Assembly (NCBI GenBank): GCA_947631715.1
Contig: CANRMK010000001.1
Coordinates: forward strand, 1-44,222
Reading direction: 5' to 3'
From: an uncultured Acetatifactor sp.
GTDB taxonomy: Bacteria > Bacillota > Clostridia > Lachnospirales > Lachnospiraceae
Length of the DNA stretch: 44,222 bases
Positions within the stretch are counted from its first letter, which is position 1. Each line of letters starts with the position of its first letter. The notes under the pieces were generated by a model, which was not told where the DNA came from, did not search any database, and saw nothing but the letters and a program-made list of their open reading frames with translations. Shown here one piece after another: positions 9,059 through 18,518 of this stretch. A program made the translations under genes and the position numbers.

Positions 9059-10141
9059 GTGATGAAAAAAATATTAATTATTATTACAACAGAATATGTA
9101 CTATATGGTGGACTCACGACAGTAATGATGAATTACTATCGGGCAATGGATAAAGCTGATCTGAAAATAGATTTTGCATCCACCAATATACCAGATAGAA
9201 TTTTGCTAGAAGAATTAGGAAAAAACGGTTCTAAATATTTCTATTTGGGAAATCGTAAAAAAAAATTATTCCGTTACCTATCAAGATTGAATTATCTTTT
9301 AAAAAATAACAGATATGATGTGGTTCATGTAAACGGAAATTCTTCCACTATGATGCTTGAAATGGCAGCTGCAAAAAAACATAACGTTTCTGTTCGAATA
9401 GCACAGACTCATACTACTTGCTCATCCTATCCATTACTTAACAGATTATTGCGTAGGGGTCTAAAAAGGACATATTCAAAAGCTGTAGCCGTCTCTCAGA
9501 AAGCAGGGAAATGTTTATATGGGCAGGATGATTTTTTGGTGCTCAGCAATGCAATAGATGTAGATAAGTATCGGTTTGATGAAACGACCCGAATGACACT
9601 CAGGCAGCAATTGGGAATAAGAGAAAAGTTTGTTATTGGGCATGTGGGTAAAATATATGAACCGAAAAATCACATGTTTTTATTAAAGATATTTAGTGAA
9701 TTAAGGAAAATCCGTGACGATGCGTGCTTGATATTAGTTGGCGGCGGCCCGATGGAAGCAGAGATAAAAGAAGAGTGTCGGAGACTGGGCATTGAGGATG
9801 ACGTTATCTTTGCCGGAATGAGATTAGATGTGGAGAATTTTCTGCAGGCTATGGATGTTTTTGTTTTTCCCTCACTGTGGGAGGGGATGCCTTTAGCTCT
9901 GCTTGAGGCGCAGGCATCGGGGCTTCGTTGTATCGTATCCAGTGAGGTGGCGGAAGAGGCGAAATGTTTGGAAAGTTTTGTATTTAAAAACTTATCAGAT
10001 GGGGCTGCTTCATGGGCGGAAGAAATCAATAGACCCTTATCTACCAACTTAACAAGGCGTGCGGCTTTGCAATGCCTTACAGACAAAGGATTCAATATTC
10101 ATTTTGAGGCTGTAAAGCTGAGAAAACTGTATCTCGAATAA
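9059..10141 (+). CDS. GT4-family glycosyltransferase
   Basis: NAIDVDKY, GHVG, KNHMFL, FVFPSLWEGMPLALLEAQASGL (EX7E motif). Confidence 0.88.
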   Translation: MMKKILIIITTEYVLYGGLTTVMMNYYRAMDKADLKIDFASTNIPDRILLEELGKNGSKYFYLGNRKKKLFRYLSRLNYLLKNNRYDVVHVNGNSSTMMLEMAAAKKHNVSVRIAQTHTTCSSYPLLNRLLRRGLKRTYSKAVAVSQKAGKCLYGQDDFLVLSNAIDVDKYRFDETTRMTLRQQLGIREKFVIGHVGKIYEPKNHMFLLKIFSELRKIRDDACLILVGGGPMEAEIKEECRRLGIEDDVIFAGMRLDVENFLQAMDVFVFPSLWEGMPLALLEAQASGLRCIVSSEVAEEAKCLESFVFKNLSDGAASWAEEINRPLSTNLTRRAALQCLTDKGFNIHFEAVKLRKLYLE

Positions 10142-10204
10142 ATTTAAAAATGTTTCAGAAAAATGGTAACGATTTGAGCTATAGAGGAAGAAAGCGGTAT
10201 TTGA

Positions 10205-11107
10205 ATGAATATAATTACTAAGTTATCGGGCTACTTTCAAGGCGGAGAGTGGAAAGTGTTATATCGGTCGGCAGAGCAAAGCGGATGGGCAATGCTCCAG
10301 GAGGCAAAGGGATTCTGGTATGCCGATCCATTCCTTTTTACCCATGAGGGCAGGACATATTTATTTACAGAGGGGTTTGACAGAAAGAAGCAGATAGGGA
10401 GAATCGCGGTTTCGGTGATGAAGGATGGAAGATTTTCCGTTCCGCAGATTATTATAGAAAATGAGTATCATATGTCATATCCCTGTGTTTTTAGCTACAA
10501 AGGGAAAATATACATGATACCGGAAACATCGGAAGGGCGGACATTGGAATTGTATGAAGCGGTAAAATTTCCGTTTGTGTGGAAAAGGGAAGTTATTCAA
10601 TCCAGCATAATGAGGGTAGATACTACGGTACTTGTCCGGGAGGATCAGATCTATCTGATCGCGTATAATGAGCGGGATAATATATCGGAGCTTTATCGGC
10701 TGGATATGGAAACAAAACATTTAGAATTACTTTTTCAGAAGCAGCATAGTGAGAAAAAGTATCGTCCGGGGGGGCAGTTTATCGAAAACGGTGCAGAGCT
10801 TTACAGACCGGTTCAGGATTGCACACAGCTTTATGGGGGAAAACTCATTTTCTTAAAAACAGAAAATTTGTTCTGTCTGGATGAAGATGCAATACATGAA
10901 CTTGGACCTGGGCCAATCAGTAAAGACTATCAAAGATTACACACATATAATAAATGTGCGGGGTTTGAGACGGTGGATGTATTTGAGGACATGACCGGAT
11001 GGAAGTGTTTTGCGGCAAAAGTAAAAAGGAAACTGCATCGGCTGAAAATGAGAAAACAGTACGACAGAAAGGAAGCCGATACAGAAACGGCAAGGCGTTA
11101 CCCGTAA
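10205..11107 (+). CDS. Beta-propeller-like protein resembling the glucosamine inositolphosphorylceramide transferase N-terminal family
   Basis: YADPFL, YLFTE, HMSYP, YMIPET, RPGG, YRPVQDC-x3-YG, HTYN. Confidence 0.6.
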   Translation: MNIITKLSGYFQGGEWKVLYRSAEQSGWAMLQEAKGFWYADPFLFTHEGRTYLFTEGFDRKKQIGRIAVSVMKDGRFSVPQIIIENEYHMSYPCVFSYKGKIYMIPETSEGRTLELYEAVKFPFVWKREVIQSSIMRVDTTVLVREDQIYLIAYNERDNISELYRLDMETKHLELLFQKQHSEKKYRPGGQFIENGAELYRPVQDCTQLYGGKLIFLKTENLFCLDEDAIHELGPGPISKDYQRLHTYNKCAGFETVDVFEDMTGWKCFAAKVKRKLHRLKMRKQYDRKEADTETARRYP

Positions 11108-11123
11108 GAAAAGAGTTAACTGT

Positions 11124-12158
11124 ATGAATGAAAACAAGGCAATGATAAGTATAATTGTTCCTGTCTATAAGGTTGAAAAATACCTTAGACAGTGCCTGGA
11201 AAGCATATTGACACAAACCTATCAGAATCTTGAGATTATACTGGTAGACGATGGATCGCCGGATTCCAGCGGAAAGATTTGTGACGAGTATGCGGACAAA
11301 TATGAAAATTTCAGGGTTGTCCACAAGCAGAACGCCGGATTGGGTATGGCACGCAACACGGGGTTGGAATATGCTTCCGGGGAGTATGTCACTTTTGTAG
11401 ATTCGGATGACTGGATCAAAAAAGATTTAATCGAGAAATTATACAACGGGCTGACGGAATATCAGGTGGATCTATGCAAGTGTGGCTTCCAAAGAGTAAA
11501 TGACGCAGGAAAAGTAATATCAGCTGCTGGGTATCAAAATGAGCTGTTCAGAGGCAGCAGCGCAAGAAAGGAATTGCTTCCACGGATGGCAGGATCTTCA
11601 CCATCTCAACACGACAGTGTTGAGATGTGTGTGTGTGGGGGACTTTATAAAACCGGGATCATCCGGGATAACCAGATCAGGTTTCCCTCAGAACGGGAAC
11701 TGATCAGCGAAGACTTTGTGTTCAATATAGATTATTTGCAGCATGCGGATGGAGCCTGTCTGATAGACTCAGTGGGATATCAATACCGGATCAACCAAGC
11801 ATCCCTGACAAGATCTTACAGGCCGGATCGATTCGAGGCAACGGTGCGTTATTACAATGAGATCTCTGAAAAGCTTCGGCATCTGGGCTATGATTCAGAG
11901 ACGCTGATTAGGTTCACACGGATGTTTTTTGTTGGAATCAGGGGATGTATTTCACAGGAAAGAGGGAGAGTATCTCATTTGCCTGTATCCTCAAGGATGA
12001 ATCATGTCAAGATGATCTGCGATAACGAGACGCTGAAAAATGCAATTAAAATGTATCCTGTGGATGAATTGGGTTTTAGACAGAAAATATTTTTGAAATT
12101 GATTCAGGGAAAACGTGCAAGGCTGTTGTTTTTGCTTGCGGAAGCCGGGAATTTATAA
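11124..12158 (+). CDS. GT2-family glycosyltransferase
   Basis: ISIIVPVYKVEKYL, LVDDGSPD, NAGLGMARNTG, FVDSDD, SED. Confidence 0.92.
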   Translation: MNENKAMISIIVPVYKVEKYLRQCLESILTQTYQNLEIILVDDGSPDSSGKICDEYADKYENFRVVHKQNAGLGMARNTGLEYASGEYVTFVDSDDWIKKDLIEKLYNGLTEYQVDLCKCGFQRVNDAGKVISAAGYQNELFRGSSARKELLPRMAGSSPSQHDSVEMCVCGGLYKTGIIRDNQIRFPSERELISEDFVFNIDYLQHADGACLIDSVGYQYRINQASLTRSYRPDRFEATVRYYNEISEKLRHLGYDSETLIRFTRMFFVGIRGCISQERGRVSHLPVSSRMNHVKMICDNETLKNAIKMYPVDELGFRQKIFLKLIQGKRARLLFLLAEAGNL

Positions 12159-12191
12159 GCTATCTGTCAAAAGCATAAAGGGGTATGCAGT

Positions 12192-13348
12192 ATGAAACAG
12201 ACCATATTTTTGCTGACAAAGGATTGCATGGCATGCGAGAGTCTGCCGCAATACGGAAATACATATTGGAAAACGCCTAATATTGATGCACTGGCTGCAA
12301 AAGGACTGTGTTCAGACGGCATTATACAGCTGGGGGCTCCACCGCTATGGCGATGAGCGCAATGCTTTCAGGGCATTATCCATATGAGTTTACTGACAGA
12401 AAGCTCTATGTGGGAGTCAAGCCGGGAGAGTTCTCGAGTGTATTTGATAAGCTGCAGGAAAAAAGTTAAGAATGTCATTTGATATGGGATGCCACATGGA
12501 TGGAGACTGCATGGCGTTTTACCAGAGAGTTTGGAGATGAAAACAAGACAGTGATCCATAATTTGGATATTGCTCAAGCCACAGGATATCATCCGCCGGA
12601 AAATCCCATCGTAAGAGACGACGCACTCCTGGAGAGATCTTTTAGTCAGATATTCAGTACGCTGGACAGGATAGATCTGAGCAGGAAACAGTTTATATGG
12701 CTGCATCTGCCCCACATTATAAAGGGGAGAAGATCTTATCTGGATGATATGGATGCTTTAGATCATATTGTTGTCTATGCGCGTGGTATGGTCGGGGATG
12801 ACAATATTTTTCTTACGACCGATAATGGTCACATGAACATGCGCAAAGGGAAAGTAGGTTATGGATTTGATGTATATGAGCCTGTAATCCGTATTCCTCT
12901 CATCTCTCCCAAAGTAGACGGACGGTCTGAAGTAACAGATCTGACCTGCAATATTGATTTTCCGTCACTCTTGCTGGAACACAGGATCATACGGAGAGAA
13001 TTTGTTGTGTCGGACACCGCGTATTACGCCCAGTCTTATCGAAAAACAGCCGTAGTGACGGAACGTTTTAAGTATATTTACAATAAACAGGATAAATCGG
13101 AAGAACTGTATGATCTGACCTGGGATTCGGAAGAAAACTATAACATATTAAAATATGATTACCGAGACAGAGACCGCAAAAAAAGGATTGTTTACAACGA
13201 ATTATACTTTTACCCGTATAGGGAAGAGGCACTAGCAGAAGAGGAAAAGCTCCATCAGATCAGAGACAGTATGTGGCGTGAAGCGCCGCTCTGGTATGTC
13301 TGGTACGGGGGGTACGAAAGAAATTATCATTTTAAAAAAGTTGTTTAA
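12192..13348 (+). pseudogene. Alkaline-phosphatase/sulfatase superfamily gene with a 1-nt deletion (about 12305) and a nonsense codon (TAA 12467-12469)
   Basis: MKQTIFLLTKD...KTPNIDALAAKG in one frame continues as TVFRRHYTAGGSTAM...QEKS*ECHLIWD in the frame of ORF 12479-13348, which has HLPH, YEPVIRIPL and EELYDL. Confidence 0.8.
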
Positions 13349-13364
13349 ATAAGGGGAACATATA

Positions 13365-14693
13365 ATGACAGGTCGAATTCAAGGGCAGAGACGGAAAGCT
13401 GAAATTATACTGAACCGGACATTGGAAAAAGTACAGACTCTGATGCAGGGAACACAAAAGTACATTATAGCTGTATATATTATCACGATGACGGTAGCTT
13501 TTACGACCCAATATGGGGATTATACTTTAGGGTATCATCTTGCCATTGTGATTGCTGCACTGTGGTGCGGATTCATTCTACTGAAAGCTGTGGCAGACAG
13601 ATTTCAGGCAAGAGCACAAGGAAACTGGGAAGAATGGAAATCAAAATGGGGAGATATAAGTTTTTTGCTTGTTTTATATCTGCTTCCGAGTTTCCTGATT
13701 CACATGTATAGTTTTATTCTGGTGCTGATTGGGGAAATGCCCCCGGAGTATATCACAACGAATCTGACAGTTTATATACCGACTGTGCTGGCGATTCTGG
13801 CAGTTTATCTGTTTGGCATGAAAGTGGTTGAATATACACTTATGGCTATATTGGGTTCCTGGATCCTATCGGTCTGTTCCAGCTTGGTCACAAAAGGTAT
13901 TATGATATTTCCCCAGGCGATCGTACAGGGCTATATTGATCCGGGCGCGCATATCGGCGGATTGCGGGGAAATTATCTGGAACTGCATGATGTAGTGATG
14001 GGTCTGGGATACTTTTTGATCAGTGCGGTCTTTTTGCGGATGAAAATGACAAGGAAAAGGTTCCTGCTGCTGGCCTTTCTTTTACTTATTTCGATTCTGG
14101 GCATGAAACGTATCGCGGTACCGGCATTGCTTGCAGCGATCTTATTTGACCTGCTGTTTCACAGAGTACCGGACAGGTATAAATATAGGATATGTATTGT
14201 ATCAGGTTGTATCGCTGTTGTTTTATGTTATATATTTGTGTATCTGGTATCCAACGGACAATTTTTTGAATTAATGGATCAACTCGGTGTCAATCTGATG
14301 GGTAGAAATTATTATTATACGGATATCATGAAATATGCCGAATTTAGTCCCGGATTTCTGGGCATCGGAAGAAATGTAACGTATAGGATCTTTAGCGGCG
14401 AATTGGCTTATTTAAGGGTCGGCGGAACCCACAGCGATATCATAAAAATGTATGTGGAAAACGGATTTATTATGTTCGGCCTTTGGCTGTGCTATTATTT
14501 GGTGTGTTTGACTGTTTTCTTCAAAAAAAGATTTGGAGAGATGAGCGCATATCTGCACTTTGGCATCATAATTTATATGTTTATCCTATTTCTGACAGAT
14601 AACACTGAGAATTACTTTATCTGCCAGATAGCCAGTATTATGCTGCCGGTCAGCTATGCTTTGAGTCAAAAGGACAGAACGGAGATTTCCTGA
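13365..14693 (+). CDS. Wzy polymerase / O-antigen ligase-like membrane protein
   Basis: About 10-12 hydrophobic segments; LMGR and THSDIIKMYVENG motifs as in Wzy_C. Confidence 0.72.
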   Translation: MTGRIQGQRRKAEIILNRTLEKVQTLMQGTQKYIIAVYIITMTVAFTTQYGDYTLGYHLAIVIAALWCGFILLKAVADRFQARAQGNWEEWKSKWGDISFLLVLYLLPSFLIHMYSFILVLIGEMPPEYITTNLTVYIPTVLAILAVYLFGMKVVEYTLMAILGSWILSVCSSLVTKGIMIFPQAIVQGYIDPGAHIGGLRGNYLELHDVVMGLGYFLISAVFLRMKMTRKRFLLLAFLLLISILGMKRIAVPALLAAILFDLLFHRVPDRYKYRICIVSGCIAVVLCYIFVYLVSNGQFFELMDQLGVNLMGRNYYYTDIMKYAEFSPGFLGIGRNVTYRIFSGELAYLRVGGTHSDIIKMYVENGFIMFGLWLCYYLVCLTVFFKKRFGEMSAYLHFGIIIYMFILFLTDNTENYFICQIASIMLPVSYALSQKDRTEIS

Positions 14694-14699
14694 AGTAAA

Positions 14700-15800
14700 A
14701 TGAAACGGTGTCATTTATTTGTGTGTAATACATATATGCAGCTGATTATAGCGATACAGATCAGACTGATGCTCTTTGCCGATGATGACGCAGATCTGGT
14801 CTTGTCCGATCATTCGGTCAATGCAGGGACAATAGTCGAAAATCTGAAAAAAACCGGTATATTTAGGCGCGTCGGCTATGCAAGATCTAAAAGCTATATG
14901 AAGCGCCCGAGTAACAGAAAAAGAATAGAGGATACTTATCTGCGCTTGTTCGGCTGCCGTAAGAGAATGTTGGACGGTTTATGGAATGATGGTGTTTATG
15001 ACAGTATATTCCGCTATAACAGTGGAGATTTAATCGTTTTTCTGTACTATGACCAAAGCGTACGAGGGGGAATGATTCCGCAGATGAACCGCTTTGAGGA
15101 AAGCGTCTTCTCTTACGAGTTAATGACACGGCATGGCATGGGGAAAAGATATCGTCTGATCAGAGGAATAAGAGGACTTCTAGGAAAAAGAGATCCTTTT
15201 ACGGTCGCTGAAGACTATTACTGTCATTATCCGGAGCTGTTTTCTAAAAATGTGGGAAAGTGTTATGGAATCCCGCATTTTGACAGAAAAAATAAGGTAT
15301 TTTTGGATCATATCAATACAGTGTTTGGATATGATCCAGCCAGTGATATATATCAGCAGAAATACATATACTTTGCCTCGTCTGCGGATGTAGACGGTAA
15401 AAATATTGGGGAGACAGAGTTGGTACTCAAAATTGCGGACATCGTGGGAAGAGAGAATCTTTTGGTAAAGATGCATCCCCGGGACGGCAGACATGTATAT
15501 GAAGAATATGGCATTGCTGTTTCAAAAAATTCCACTATTCCCTGGGAAGTGATCCAGATGAATCATGATTTCAGCAGTCATATTTTTTTATCTGTTTCCA
15601 GCTCCAGTGTGTTGAATGCTACGGCAATGCTGGGTGATCATATTTTAACATATTATTTTTTCCCGCTTATACGTGGAGCGGATCCTGTATTTGACTCTTT
15701 TTGCGAGAATGTGATCGTGCAGGCAGTAGCTGCTTTGAAAAAGCTGGGGGCGCTTCAGGAAATGCATATTGCGGACAGTTTGGAGGTTTTAAATGAATGA
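14700..15800 (+). CDS. Putative CMP-ulosonate-dependent (sialyltransferase-like) glycosyltransferase
   Basis: N-terminal CNTYMQL, acidic FEES motif, KMHPRD (HP motif), PWE and SSSV, as in GT-B bacterial sialyltransferase-like families. Confidence 0.55.
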   Translation: MKRCHLFVCNTYMQLIIAIQIRLMLFADDDADLVLSDHSVNAGTIVENLKKTGIFRRVGYARSKSYMKRPSNRKRIEDTYLRLFGCRKRMLDGLWNDGVYDSIFRYNSGDLIVFLYYDQSVRGGMIPQMNRFEESVFSYELMTRHGMGKRYRLIRGIRGLLGKRDPFTVAEDYYCHYPELFSKNVGKCYGIPHFDRKNKVFLDHINTVFGYDPASDIYQQKYIYFASSADVDGKNIGETELVLKIADIVGRENLLVKMHPRDGRHVYEEYGIAVSKNSTIPWEVIQMNHDFSSHIFLSVSSSSVLNATAMLGDHILTYYFFPLIRGADPVFDSFCENVIVQAVAALKKLGALQEMHIADSLEVLNE

Positions 15801-17317
15801 ATCGCCGGGGAAAGTATCTGCTTCGAAATCTGGGTATTTTGACAGTGAGCAATTTCGCTTCGAAAATACTGAGCGTCCTGCTTGTACCGTTGTACACCAG
15901 TGTTCTGTCTACTACAGAATACGGCAGATATGACATTGTGGTTTCTACAGTATCACTGTTATATCCTGTCCTTACAGTCAATATGGCAGATGCTGTGATG
16001 CGTTTTACCATGGAGAAAAATGAAGTGAGCAACGCATCTCCGGCTCTAATCGGAATCAAATATATGATCTCCAGTATCTGTATTTTCGGTTTCGGGTTAT
16101 GGGCGGGGCGCTTATGTGGTCTTTTCCCGGGAATGGCTGGCTTGGAGATGTATGTCTTCCTCTATTATCTTTCATATGTGCTGAATCAGTATTTTATCCA
16201 GCTGGCCAAAGGATTGGAACGAGTTCCGGATATGGGGGTGGCTGGATGTTTGAGCACAGCGGTAATGCTGGGATCAAATCTGCTGTTCCTTCTAGTATGG
16301 AAAAGAGGATTAACTGGCTTTTTTTTAGCTGGGATTTTGTCCCATTCAGCCGCAGCGGTATATTTGTTAGCGCGATTGACGACATATTTTGGCCGACAGA
16401 GAAGGATTCAGAGGAAAAACAGAAATCTGGAGCGTCAGATGCTGTCCTATGGTGGTCCTTTGATCTTTACCACCTTAAGTTGGTGGGTGAACAGCACGGC
16501 GGATAAGTATACAGTGACTTTTTTGTGTGGAGTCGCCGCAAACGGAATCCTGGCGATGGCCTATAAGATTCCGGGAATGATGAACACATTGCAGAATATC
16601 TTTATTCAGGCATGGCAGATTTCAGGTATTTCAGAATATGGGAAAAAAGACACTGACGGGTTTTATCGGACAACCTTCATCTGGCTAAATGCAATTATGT
16701 GTCTGGCGTGCGCCATATTGATCTTTGCCGTCAGACCTGTTGCCGCTCTGCTATTTACGGGAGAATTTTATGAGGCATGGAAGTACACACCGCTTTTGCT
16801 TGTCACTAGCGTATTAAATGCCTCGGCAGGATTTATGGGGCCTATGCTTTCCGCACGTAAAGCGACAAAAATTCTTGCCGCAAGCGGTATCTGGGGGGCT
16901 GTAGTAAATGTAGTGATGAATGTAGTGCTGGTATTGCTTATAGGCATCCAAGGCGCTGCAGCGGCAACGCTGATGTCCAGTTTTATGATATTTGAGGTAA
17001 GGAGAAAAGCAGCCGGACAATTTCTGGGCAGAGAAACAGGCAGAGCGGTTTTTGTATCGTGGGGGCTCCTGACGGTGCAGGGCCTGATGTCAATTTTACA
17101 ATGGCCTATGAGCTTGCAGCTTGTGCTGATGATCATACAGGGAGTTCTATATGGGAATACATGTTTCAGGAATGTGAAAGCGGAACATGTAAATATTGAA
17201 AAAACGGTGAAGACTAAGGAAAGGAGCGATATAGATGAGCATCAAGATCGGAATTCCAAGAGTGACTCGGGGGGGTGGTACATCGAGACTAGAAGCGGAC
17301 ATCGTATGGCAGCATGA
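15797..17317 (+). CDS. wzx: Wzx-type polysaccharide flippase 1
   Basis: LLVPLYTSVLSTTEYG, DAVMRF, WWVNSTADKY, AYKIP; many TM helices. Confidence 0.85.
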   Translation: MNRRGKYLLRNLGILTVSNFASKILSVLLVPLYTSVLSTTEYGRYDIVVSTVSLLYPVLTVNMADAVMRFTMEKNEVSNASPALIGIKYMISSICIFGFGLWAGRLCGLFPGMAGLEMYVFLYYLSYVLNQYFIQLAKGLERVPDMGVAGCLSTAVMLGSNLLFLLVWKRGLTGFFLAGILSHSAAAVYLLARLTTYFGRQRRIQRKNRNLERQMLSYGGPLIFTTLSWWVNSTADKYTVTFLCGVAANGILAMAYKIPGMMNTLQNIFIQAWQISGISEYGKKDTDGFYRTTFIWLNAIMCLACAILIFAVRPVAALLFTGEFYEAWKYTPLLLVTSVLNASAGFMGPMLSARKATKILAASGIWGAVVNVVMNVVLVLLIGIQGAAAATLMSSFMIFEVRRKAAGQFLGRETGRAVFVSWGLLTVQGLMSILQWPMSLQLVLMIIQGVLYGNTCFRNVKAEHVNIEKTVKTKERSDIDEHQDRNSKSDSGGWYIETRSGHRMAA

Positions 17318-18518
17318 GGGAAAGGATGTGAAGGAAACTGTCTATTTTGAGGCGGATCCTCAATGGGAAAAATATTTCACATTTGAGGTAAGTGATCCGT
17401 TTATTTTGGCTATGTTCGAGGTAGCCATAGAAAACGGATATGACATTGAACATGAGGCACCGGTGACAGAGGATCTGAAGTATCAGATGGAAACATATCT
17501 GGTTCCCATTTTTGCCAAAAAAATCCCAGGATGCCGAAATTTCTGCTTAAAAGGACCTGTAACGGATCAGAAGATACCTTCCGAATCGGTGACAGGGACG
17601 GGATTTTCTGCAGGAGTTGACTCATTCTATACAGTGCTCTCACATAAGGATCATCCATGCCCGTCAAAACGGGTAACACATTTGCTGTTAGCCGTAAACG
17701 GCGCTGCTGCAACCGGAGTAAATGCGGAACGGGATCGAAAGTGGTTCGATGAGGAAATGAGACTTTTCACTCCTCTTGCAGAGGAGCTGGGATGCAAATT
17801 GATCGGAGTTAATTCGAATGTATCGCTCCTGAATCATTACCGAAAACTGTTGAAGGGCGGCAGCGGTATTACTACAAGCTCTTTTGTGCATGCTCTTCGG
17901 AAGCTGTTCGGAACTTACTATTGGGCCAGCACTTATGAGGCGGATGTGCTGGAATTCCGTTCGGATGACTTAGGCTATGTAGAACCTTTTTTCCTGCCGC
18001 TTTTATCTGTAGAGGGTCTGCGTTTTTACCATTCCGGCTCGGAGGTAAACCGTATGGAAAAGGTGGAATATATCGCAGACAATGAAACAGTCCAGAAAGG
18101 GCTGACTGTCTGCGGGGGGCCAAAAAGCTGCGGCATATGTTTCAAATGTACTCGTACTATGGCGGAATTGTATGCTGTTGGAAAGCTGGACCGATACGGA
18201 AAGGTGTTTCGGGAAGCGCCTGTATATGAAAAGAAACTGGCCAAAAATCTGGGCCGAGAGTTGGCACAGGATCATCCTCCGTTTACAACGGAGATCTTGG
18301 ACAAGCTAAAATCGGAAGGGAAAAGAGTACCGCTTCGTACATATTTATGGAAGACATTTTATTTTAAGCCTTTCCTATATTTCAAAAAGAAATTGAAATA
18401 TAACCCGTTGGCTATGAAACTTTATTATGAGAAAGGTTGGATCGACAAGCTTGGAGAGCCGCGGCCGTCTGAAGAGACAATACAGGCAAAATTGCGGGGA
18501 GAGAGGTTGGAAAAATGA
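17235..18518 (+). CDS. Hypothetical PP-loop-like (adenine nucleotide alpha-hydrolase-like) protein with Cys cluster
   Basis: GFSAGVDSFYT (SGGxDS-like), RMEKVEYI, VC-x5-CGICFKCTRT; good SD AAGGAG. Confidence 0.6.
   Translation: MSIKIGIPRVTRGGGTSRLEADIVWQHEGKDVKETVYFEADPQWEKYFTFEVSDPFILAMFEVAIENGYDIEHEAPVTEDLKYQMETYLVPIFAKKIPGCRNFCLKGPVTDQKIPSESVTGTGFSAGVDSFYTVLSHKDHPCPSKRVTHLLLAVNGAAATGVNAERDRKWFDEEMRLFTPLAEELGCKLIGVNSNVSLLNHYRKLLKGGSGITTSSFVHALRKLFGTYYWASTYEADVLEFRSDDLGYVEPFFLPLLSVEGLRFYHSGSEVNRMEKVEYIADNETVQKGLTVCGGPKSCGICFKCTRTMAELYAVGKLDRYGKVFREAPVYEKKLAKNLGRELAQDHPPFTTEILDKLKSEGKRVPLRTYLWKTFYFKPFLYFKKKLKYNPLAMKLYYEKGWIDKLGEPRPSEETIQAKLRGERLEK

Noticed and set aside
9257-9265. A9 tract in the GT4 gene as a phase-variable site
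   Set aside because: In frame, encodes KKK in a very AT-rich gene; expected by chance
12479-13348. Stand-alone 289-aa CDS as given in the ORF track
   Set aside because: It is the 3' part of a longer interrupted gene starting at 12192
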